DNA of 13,924 nt from an uncultured archaeon. GTDB lineage: Archaea; Asgardarchaeota; Thorarchaeia; Thorarchaeales; Thorarchaeaceae. The notes beneath the pieces are model-generated. The model was given only the letters and a program-made list of their open reading frames with translations. It searched no databases and was not told where the DNA came from. The DNA lies in contig CAZYLT010000032.1 in the NCBI GenBank assembly GCA_964648855.1, positions 1 to 13,924 on the forward strand. The letters are read 5' to 3'. Every line of letters starts with the position of its first letter. Within the stretch, counting starts at the first letter, position 1. Position numbers and translations under genes: made by a program. Shown here one piece after another: positions 7,401 to 13,924 of the stretch.

Positions 7401-8321
7401 CTATTTCTTCTCAGACGCTGTTTTCACGAATTCATCCACATCTTTCTGCATGTCTTCAACTAATGACTTGTCTAATTTGGTGTCTCGCACTTCTTCAATC
7501 AATGCCTTGGTTTCCTCTGGGGAAAACAGGACAAGATTACCGCGCGATGCCGACATGTCTGCATACTTTGATAGAATGTCATGAGTTGCTTCATTAAGAT
7601 CTTCGCCCCACCTTGATGCAAGCTCCAGACTGTACTCCAGGGATGTGATTATTTCATCATATCCGCCCACTATGCCCAGTATCGAGTTACGAACATCACC
7701 CTTAACCCTCGTTTCAGCGCCATAAGCCTTCGAAGCGAGAAGTGTCTTCATGTATACTAAAAGCTCCTTCCACGTTACTGATGTCAAACTGATGACTGAA
7801 GGAAAGTTTGCTAATGGAGTCACATTATGAGTAAGGTTCAATGCCTGACCGGTTTTTTGATTCGCCTCATCAATGGCATTGAATGTGATTGTTTCTAGTA
7901 GGTCTTCAAACGGTTCAATTGAGAAGGCAGTAGAATACTCCACTCTGTGTTTGATGTTATAGGATGAACCTCCTCCAACTGATACCGCACCAAAGAGCGC
8001 ACATCTTGGACACTTCATGCACAAGTTATCCTTCAGAGAGCATTCATAGTCCTTAACGGTCCTAAGTAACCGCGAGAACATTCTGTTCTCCACAGCCTTC
8101 TGCTTGGAGGCCAAAAATGCAACCTTCACAGTTGGCTTAGCGGATTCGATTGATTCAGGGATAACAACGGTGTTTAATTCCCTGCTCTCCTCCGTTCTGA
8201 GCACCGTGTAGTCGTGTGTCTGTCTAACTGCCATCACCTGAACTACGCGTGCATCAAGTAGAGGAGATATCTTATCAACAAGATATTCGTCCAGTTTTGC
8301 TAATGATTTCGGTTGTGTCAT
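7401..8321 (-). CDS. cas7: Type I-D Cas7 backbone (Csc2)
   Basis: KQKAVENR, C..CPRCALFG zinc site, KHRVEYSTAFS, TFNAIDE, FPSVISL and YGAETRVKG motifs of Csc2. Confidence 0.92.
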   Translation of the reverse strand: MTQPKSLAKLDEYLVDKISPLLDARVVQVMAVRQTHDYTVLRTEESRELNTVVIPESIESAKPTVKVAFLASKQKAVENRMFSRLLRTVKDYECSLKDNLCMKCPRCALFGAVSVGGGSSYNIKHRVEYSTAFSIEPFEDLLETITFNAIDEANQKTGQALNLTHNVTPLANFPSVISLTSVTWKELLVYMKTLLASKAYGAETRVKGDVRNSILGIVGGYDEIITSLEYSLELASRWGEDLNEATHDILSKYADMSASRGNLVLFSPEETKALIEEVRDTKLDKSLVEDMQKDVDEFVKTASEKK

Positions 8322-8323
8322 AT

Positions 8324-8944
8324 CTATTTCTCTCCCTTCTTCTGTTTGTAATCATCCCAAAACTCCTTCACTACCTCCTGTAACTCGGAGGGTGTAGAGA
8401 ATGGGTCTTCAATATCATCAAAAGATTCGTACTCTGGGGCTTCGATGAGATACTCGTTGATTGAGCCAATCGATGAGTATTTTTCCTGCAACCATTCATG
8501 GAATTTCCTCTGTATCCCCTTTCTCTGCCCCACCAGCTTGCCCTTGTATACACCAAAGAAGATCTCGTCGTCCAAATCTTCAACAGTCTTCAACCATTTT
8601 GTTGGAGGAAGAAGTGCACGAAGGTCGGCTAATTTGGCAGCAGCTTCATCTAAACGCTCTGCAGCATCTGCCGAAACACCTCTCGGGCTCTGCTGGTTCC
8701 TATGAATACTCAGCACGTAGCCCTTCACTGCACCCCAATTTATGTCTCCAGTAGTTGTTATCTTTGTCAAGAACTTGCCTACTGGCCCCATAAGTGCATG
8801 CTTGGAATCTGACATCGTCCCTGGGGGATGATATGTTTCCAAATACTTGATGAGAGCTTCAACTGATTCTTCTCGTGTTTGCCTGATTTTTTCAGTATCG
8901 GTTTCTTCTTGTTCTCGTTCCATTCGGATTACCAATTTTATCAC
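8324..8944 (-). CDS. cas11: Separately encoded Cascade small subunit, Cas11d-like, with a C-terminal extension
   Basis: Helical protein between cas10d and cas7. YLETY...SKHALMGPVGKFL resembles, from recall, the Y..FY...S.HA...P..K.L segment of Cas11d / the Cas10d C-terminus. AGGTGA SD at 8941-8946 suggests a true start at TTG 8935 or ATG 8923. Confidence 0.72.
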   Translation of the reverse strand: MIKLVIRMEREQEETDTEKIRQTREESVEALIKYLETYHPPGTMSDSKHALMGPVGKFLTKITTTGDINWGAVKGYVLSIHRNQQSPRGVSADAAERLDEAAAKLADLRALLPPTKWLKTVEDLDDEIFFGVYKGKLVGQRKGIQRKFHEWLQEKYSSIGSINEYLIEAPEYESFDDIEDPFSTPSELQEVVKEFWDDYKQKKGEK

Positions 8945-11596
8945 CTAGATTAATTTTGATTCTGTAGTTGTACCAACAAATGCTGGTAATTGTTCAAGTA
9001 ACTTGATTAGTTGCGCTTTTTTCCATCTCGGGAGTTGCCCACGATTCTCCATCTCAGCTCGTCGCAGAATGGCGCCACGATTCATCGATGATAAACGCAG
9101 CAAACGATCTTTGCCCAGTTTTTCTACAAAACTCATTGACACCAAGGTCAAGGAGGCCATTTTCTGCAACACTGCCTGTATCTGATGAAGTTGTACATCG
9201 GATGATATGCCCAGATTAGAGAGAGCAATATCTGCTGTTGCGGTCATGGGTACGCGTACCAACCCACGGGTTGTCAAGTCTGTTAAGGGTTCAAATCCTT
9301 CAATGTATATGACTCTAGCAAGAAACAAGTCAGCCATTAGTAATGACAGGAGGTATGTTCGAAGAGCAGTTGTGCTATCAGCCTCATTCTCGTCCCCATA
9401 GAGCTTGTTTCTGAAGAAAATGAACATATGACTTGGTGTTAGGTAAGAAGTATATTGCATCTTAGAGGGCGGGCTGTAATTCTGCAAATGTCGAGCATCT
9501 ATCACGATTGAGCCGCTCAAATGCGCCTTTGCCAGAGACTCGAATGTCTTCTCGTCCGGTTCGTCGCTTACCACTTCATATTTGATTTTGCTTGGATCAC
9601 TACGTTCCTGCTCAAGATGCTCGCTCAGTTTGTTTACACTAGTGGTAGTAGGCCGCATCATTTTGAACAGCTGTTCGGTGTTATCGATGGATTCCCCTGT
9701 AGCTAAGGCGTCATACACACGAGGCATATTCCAGACCTTTCCCGTACTCAGACCCAGTTTCTCAATGCGAGCAAAATCGTCCACCATTCGCGACCAATTT
9801 CGAAATACGGCTGGTGATAGTGATAGGTCTGGGAGCAGCACTAAGGTTGCATTTGGAGAAGACTCGAAGAAAAAGGCACGTAGGGTAGCCTCAGTACTAC
9901 AGACAGTACAGACTTGTGCTTTTCGTCCAGCTCCGATTTTTGTTCCTCCAGGAATGAAATTGGAAAACATCTGCGAGCCATCTCCAAAAAGTGCAGCTGC
10001 AGCATCGTCTTCACTGATAGAGCCGCAGAGGCTACAAATTCTCTTTCTCTGGTTTTTTCCTTCGAGGTATCGACTATATGTTTCCTTGGAGATATCTCGC
10101 ACTTCATCCCCCACCGTAAGGTCGATCGGCGAGTAATGAACGTCGGTTAGAAGAGATTTCTTCGCCGATTCCGTCAGAATTTGCGGCGCGTATTTTTTGT
10201 ACTTGGATATTACGTCCTTCAAAAGCTGGATGAGGCTCTCCACTAGAAGACTTCGCCTTTCTTTATTCTCATGAAGGCGTTCGCTATCCATTTTCCATAG
10301 GCTTGCTATTGTTTCTACTCTATCATCCGCTGATGTAGTATGTGTCACCCCGCTTAGGCTATCGAACGTGAAATCTCCGAGATATTGATTCAGCCATTTG
10401 TTTACATCTTCAAGAAATTCCTTCCCGATGTCTGCAGACTCCGCAATCTCTTCATACTGCTTCAGAAAATCAACAGCGAAAACAAGCAGGTTGAAATCAG
10501 AGATCATCAAAGCAACAATCTCTTCCGGATTGGATTTTGATTTCTCAACGAATTCATCAAGCGCAGCTTTGAATTTTGCCTTTTTCGACGAGCGTTTCAG
10601 ATAACTTTTCCCGTAATTCGCAGGTTTGTTCATCGCGGGCATAGAAGAAAGAAAATGGATTAGCTTGGGAATGTCCTTTTCTCGCACTACCTCTACACAG
10701 GGCCACTTCGTCTGTGTGAGAGGCCCTAGTACCGCATTTGTCATGCCTACTTGGTAGGCATCCGATTCTTGGAAGCTCTTGAACTGTTCATCAATCAAAT
10801 CCATCAGTCGCTCTCGTGGGTTGGGGTCCCCCCCCTCCTCCCCAATGAGAATATATGCTACTCCATTTCCAAAATGCAGTAATGGTTCATACCCAATCTC
10901 CTTCATCAGCTCGATAAGAGCTTGATTAAGAAAGCTTGAAACCAATCCCCGAATAGATGACAGTTCGTGATACTGGAAGGATATTGATTTCCCAGGTGGA
11001 AGGTCTGGGTCCCATGACTTCTTTGCAATGTCGCTTGACGATTTCATACTCGCAATACTATCGCACAATCTGATGACAGGAGATAATTCATCGATAGGAC
11101 CAACTTGGCGACGACGCCTAGACGCCTCAGCTCTATTCTTTGCGTCGTGCGTGTAGACAACTATGTTCAGTACTCTATCGATCAATTCAGAGAGATTGAT
11201 ATTTTTTCCCTGACCAGCTAGTCTTGCCTCTACTCCTGCTAGAATGTCAAGCAAGTCCTGCCGGCTGTCTGCTGTTCCATCATCATGTGAGAAATCGTCG
11301 TTCTCATCTCTCCGCTTATCCATGAAGTTCAAGGCAGCCCGTTGCCACTTATCATGAGCCTTTTGATAGTCATGAAGAAAACCAGCCAAGCTCGCAATAT
11401 TGCAATCATCTTCATCCAGGTCGAAGACATTTTTCCCTATAATGCGAGCAATTGAAGCTACATTGAGAGAGTGGACTAGCAAACTTTGCTTGCCTCCTTG
11501 TCCAAACTTAGCATATTTGTGCTGCCAATCTCGATTCATTGCCTCTTGGAGAAGGGCTTGTTCGAGTTGTTCGGGTTCTATATTAAGGCGGGTCAT
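8945..11596 (-). CDS. cas10d: Type I-D large subunit Cas10d (Csc3) with N-terminal HD nuclease
   Basis: SLLVHSLNV...FLHDYQK...YTHD...CDSIAS HD motifs; YEPLLHFGNGVAY; CSLCG...FSN...CTVC zinc finger; no GGDD. ATG at 11596 is preceded by a GAGTGA SD (ORF track starts at GTG 11605). Confidence 0.92.
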   Translation of the reverse strand: MTRLNIEPEQLEQALLQEAMNRDWQHKYAKFGQGGKQSLLVHSLNVASIARIIGKNVFDLDEDDCNIASLAGFLHDYQKAHDKWQRAALNFMDKRRDENDDFSHDDGTADSRQDLLDILAGVEARLAGQGKNINLSELIDRVLNIVVYTHDAKNRAEASRRRRQVGPIDELSPVIRLCDSIASMKSSSDIAKKSWDPDLPPGKSISFQYHELSSIRGLVSSFLNQALIELMKEIGYEPLLHFGNGVAYILIGEEGGDPNPRERLMDLIDEQFKSFQESDAYQVGMTNAVLGPLTQTKWPCVEVVREKDIPKLIHFLSSMPAMNKPANYGKSYLKRSSKKAKFKAALDEFVEKSKSNPEEIVALMISDFNLLVFAVDFLKQYEEIAESADIGKEFLEDVNKWLNQYLGDFTFDSLSGVTHTTSADDRVETIASLWKMDSERLHENKERRSLLVESLIQLLKDVISKYKKYAPQILTESAKKSLLTDVHYSPIDLTVGDEVRDISKETYSRYLEGKNQRKRICSLCGSISEDDAAAALFGDGSQMFSNFIPGGTKIGAGRKAQVCTVCSTEATLRAFFFESSPNATLVLLPDLSLSPAVFRNWSRMVDDFARIEKLGLSTGKVWNMPRVYDALATGESIDNTEQLFKMMRPTTTSVNKLSEHLEQERSDPSKIKYEVVSDEPDEKTFESLAKAHLSGSIVIDARHLQNYSPPSKMQYTSYLTPSHMFIFFRNKLYGDENEADSTTALRTYLLSLLMADLFLARVIYIEGFEPLTDLTTRGLVRVPMTATADIALSNLGISSDVQLHQIQAVLQKMASLTLVSMSFVEKLGKDRLLRLSSMNRGAILRRAEMENRGQLPRWKKAQLIKLLEQLPAFVGTTTESKLI

Positions 11597-11644
11597 TGTA
11601 ATCACTCATTCAAGTGGCAACTTGGTTTCACTGTGTCTAATATC

Positions 11645-11738
11645 CTTAGCGCGGTATTTAAGGGACAGGGCCAATCCGTAGACATACAACAATTTGCGCT
11701 AAGACTGCATTCTAAGCCACATTGTCAAATAAGGGACA
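11645..11738 (-). promoter_or_regulatory. Putative promoter/operator region of the cas10d effector operon
   Basis: TATA-like TTAAATA (11655-11661, minus) flanked by inverted repeat CTTAGCGC/GCGCTAAG (11645-11652/11696-11703). Motif at 11716-11738 is shared with the cas1 upstream region. Confidence 0.5.
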
Positions 11739-11794
11739 TCTAATGAGAGTAATGAAATTAAACTAATGTCGGAAAGTAGTTATATTCAAGTACC

Positions 11795-12433
11795 TCAGAA
11801 GTCCCTACAGAAATCTGCAAATCCACACCCTACGCGGCCTTTTGAGCACTCAGGGCGAGGACGAGGAACAGTACCTTGTTGAAAAATCTTCTTGATTTGG
11901 TTGATATAGTACATTGTTCTGCGCTTGACGCCCTCTGTAAAACTAACTTGAATCGAAGTCGGTTCAAGCATATAATGAACCACACCACGTCTAACAATAA
12001 TATCCTCTGTTTCCTCAATCAAAAGAGCAAGTGTGCTAAGCTGATATTTATGATCCATTCGTACTCCACCTCGGTTGCTCTTCATGACCTTGAATTCTAC
12101 AGGAATCAGCTCCGAGTCAGTGGTTTCAATCAGCATATCGAGGCGTCCGTGGACTCCTAATCGGTTAGATTGAAGTGGAATGTCAAATTCCTTTGTTCTA
12201 AAATCAAAGGGTAGGTCCGATTTCATTATGGACTTCCTCCTTTTCTCTAGGTCCGAAAGCAGCTCGTGTGACTTCTTTGCATCTTCCTGCTGCGATCCCA
12301 TTATGGGCTTCAATCGCACAACCCTTGTGAAATAGGTGACTCTCGGACAAAACACAAATTGTTTGACATCTGTAGGAGTCACTATTCTTTTGCCTGGTTC
12401 ATTTCGTTCAGAATACCGATACTTGTGTTTCAT
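11795..12433 (-). CDS. cas4: CRISPR-associated exonuclease Cas4
   Basis: VTPTDVKQFVFCPR, GRLDML, IPVEFK, YQL and C-terminal Cys cluster. ATG 12433 chosen on AGGAG SD at 12444-12448; overlaps the cas2 end. Confidence 0.92.
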   Translation of the reverse strand: MKHKYRYSERNEPGKRIVTPTDVKQFVFCPRVTYFTRVVRLKPIMGSQQEDAKKSHELLSDLEKRRKSIMKSDLPFDFRTKEFDIPLQSNRLGVHGRLDMLIETTDSELIPVEFKVMKSNRGGVRMDHKYQLSTLALLIEETEDIIVRRGVVHYMLEPTSIQVSFTEGVKRRTMYYINQIKKIFQQGTVPRPRPECSKGRVGCGFADFCRDF

Positions 12434-12698
12434 CGCGTTCCATCTCCTTTTGAGCACCTATCAAAACACGGTTCGAAAAGCAGGAATTGCATAATGGAAA
12501 AATTATGACTGAGTCAGTTTCTTCCCCGTCGTTTAGCAGTTTTCTCATGTCTGTATGAAGGGAACGCAAGGCGTATCGAGAGAGAGGTCCCTCGAACGTG
12601 CTGTATTGAATCCGTTCTAAACCATAGTCTTTCATTCGACTGCTTATTTTATTTCTGAGAGCGTCGCTTGAGATGTCATAAACGGCAATATAGTGCAT
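12408..12698 (-). CDS. cas2: CRISPR-associated endonuclease Cas2
   Basis: 96 aa; IAVYDISSD..R, YGLERIQYSTFEG, DSVIIFPLCNSC. Confidence 0.96.
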   Translation of the reverse strand: MHYIAVYDISSDALRNKISSRMKDYGLERIQYSTFEGPLSRYALRSLHTDMRKLLNDGEETDSVIIFPLCNSCFSNRVLIGAQKEMERDETQVSVF

Positions 12699-12701
12699 GC
12701 G

Positions 12702-13724
12702 TCACCACCTCAATGTGAAAGGCTCATATTTGGTAGATTCTCCACGCAAGAATCGGGAAACAGCCCAAGCCTGTCTGACAATCACGTTCTTAATCTGAAT
12801 TGACTTCCCTTCATAATTCACTCGCTCTTCCAGTCTACTGATAATGTCTGATGCGAGCATATTGCGGCATTTCTCCGATAACTCATCATCAGAGAGAACA
12901 TCATCGAAGGCCAATTTGCCTTTTGTCACCATGGCCATAATAGTCCGATCAACCACCTGCTGTCTGAATTCCTCTATCAAGTCAAGAACCATGGAGGGCC
13001 GCCCGGGTCTGTCAACATGCAAAAAGCCTGCAAAAGGGTCAAGCCCAGCTTTGCTAACAGCAGTCCAGACTTCAGAATAGAGAATTCCATATCCGTAATT
13101 GAGAAGCATGTTAAAGGGGTCGCTTGCCCCACGAGTTTCTCTCCCAAGGAAGTTGAATTCTGGAGGGATAACCAGTGAAGCCCCATTCCAGTATTGTGAT
13201 GCTGCGCGGCCTTCGATATTCATTAGAGAGTTTCTTTTCTTTGAGGACATATTCCCTCCAATCTCGTTCATTTCCTCAGAGATAACATCGATCTCAGTTA
13301 CCAAATCAAATAACTTGTCTGAGGTGGCTGGCTGTGTTCTAGTTCGATTCTTTGCCCAAGTATACAATAAGTTTCTCTGGTTTTTTAATTTCCCTTTGAT
13401 GAATGCAGAAGAAAGATGAGTTGCCGCAGTGGTTTCTGCATTCATGTACTGATTTCGTCGAGTCAGTACTGTTCCATGCCCGCTCGTGGGAGTGAGGAAA
13501 GCAAACGGCCTGCCCGATGAATATGTAAAAGCAACCGGGACCCTGTTATCTACTGCAAGATACACGGCTGCAGAACTCAATGATGCTCCAGAGGACGAGA
13601 TCAGTATTCTCTCAACGTCAGATGCAGGGAATTCTGCAACCTTTTTTCCCTTCTTTTTTACTACGAATCTTTCTCCAGTTTTGCCAAGGAATAGTCCAAA
13701 ATCCTCTAGGATGATTGTATGCAT
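12702..13724 (-). CDS. cas1: CRISPR-associated integrase Cas1
   Basis: LMNIEGRAASQYW, DPFNMLLNYGYGIL, GLDPFAGFLH, MVLDLIEEFR with catalytic E/H/D(E) intact; GGGAGG SD upstream. Confidence 0.97.
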   Translation of the reverse strand: MHTIILEDFGLFLGKTGERFVVKKKGKKVAEFPASDVERILISSSGASLSSAAVYLAVDNRVPVAFTYSSGRPFAFLTPTSGHGTVLTRRNQYMNAETTAATHLSSAFIKGKLKNQRNLLYTWAKNRTRTQPATSDKLFDLVTEIDVISEEMNEIGGNMSSKKRNSLMNIEGRAASQYWNGASLVIPPEFNFLGRETRGASDPFNMLLNYGYGILYSEVWTAVSKAGLDPFAGFLHVDRPGRPSMVLDLIEEFRQQVVDRTIMAMVTKGKLAFDDVLSDDELSEKCRNMLASDIISRLEERVNYEGKSIQIKNVIVRQAWAVSRFLRGESTKYEPFTLRW

Positions 13725-13759
13725 GCAACTCCCTCCCTTTGGGTGTATTGAAGGACCGT

Positions 13760-13887
13760 TTGTCCCCTATTGACAATGTTGCGGTGATGTTTATAAATGG
13801 AGCTACAGAATTGACATCACCGCAATGAGGTGAGTGCTATCGACGTTATGAAGCGAGATAGCACAAAAAGAAGCAAAAAGGCGCCCT
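13760..13887 (+). promoter_or_regulatory. CRISPR leader of right array / divergent cas1 promoter region; TTTATAAA (13790-13797) within a perfect 12-bp inverted repeat
   Basis: TTGCGGTGATGT (13779-13790)-N23-ACATCACCGCAA (13814-13825); homologous to the left leader. Confidence 0.85.
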
Positions 13888-13924
13888 GTCACAGAAGCTA
13901 ATCCCAAAGAATGGGGATTGAAAG
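13888..13924 (+). CRISPR. Leader-proximal CRISPR repeat of right array (array continues beyond window end)
   Basis: GTCACAGAAGCTAATCCCAAAGAATGGGGATTGAAAG: 37 nt, GT start, ATTGAAAG end, CCCA-N5-TGGG hairpin. Confidence 0.88.

Noticed and set aside
8945-8947. cas10d as a truncated pseudogene
   Set aside because: The downstream part has its own SD and start codons, and all other genes are intact, so a functional split is more parsimonious.
8945-11596. Type III Cas10 cyclase
   Set aside because: No GGDD motif; the H...HD order and csc1/csc2/cas3' neighbours indicate Cas10d.
13725-13754. Repeat-like end GGGTGTATTGAAGG upstream of cas1
   Set aside because: Only the 3' few bases resemble the repeat, it overlaps the cas1 SD region, and its distance to the true repeat is not spacer-sized.
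390-13773. Plus-strand and nested short ORFs in the ORF track (e.g. 9582-10136, 390-728, 13099-13419)
   Set aside because: They are antisense or alternate-frame shadows of well-supported genes and have no recognisable motifs.
13770-13816. Bacterial sigma70 -35 boxes (TTGACA at 13770 and 13811)
   Set aside because: Gene content and the conserved TATA point to archaeal transcription; the hexamers overlap the palindromic motifs described above.
1-13924. Terminal inverted repeats of a casposon or transposon
   Set aside because: The ends are diverged, look like CRISPR repeats plus leaders, Cas1 is in a normal cas1-cas2-cas4 operon, and there is no PolB, transposase or integrase.

Overview
A complete archaeal type I-D CRISPR-Cas locus with every gene on the minus strand: cas1-cas2-cas4 | cas10d-cas11d-cas7(csc2)-cas5(csc1)-cas3'-cas6-csa1 | csa3-like CARF-wHTH regulator, then a 535-aa tandem Lrp/AsnC-like double-wHTH protein. 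Two homologous, outward-pointing leaders bracket it. Each ends in one 37-nt repeat exactly at the window edge, so the arrays themselves are not visible. The two repeats differ (28/37 identical) but share a hairpin with a compensatory base pair. Both leaders carry a conserved inverted repeat straddling a TATA box. Points of note: cas10d and a Cas11d homologue are in frame and separated by a single TAG; Cas11d has a C-terminal extension resembling a GH42 motif; I-A-type accessory genes (csa1, csa3) accompany a I-D effector; an uncharacterised double-wHTH regulator is coupled to csa3; and a palindrome-dense intergenic region ends in an antisense terminator-like structure. An archaeal host is well supported (Csa1, Csa3, TATA boxes, GGTGA-type SD). 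An Asgard/Thorarchaeia-like host is only a tentative inference from the tandem Lrp-like protein. All family calls come from motif recognition, not database searches.
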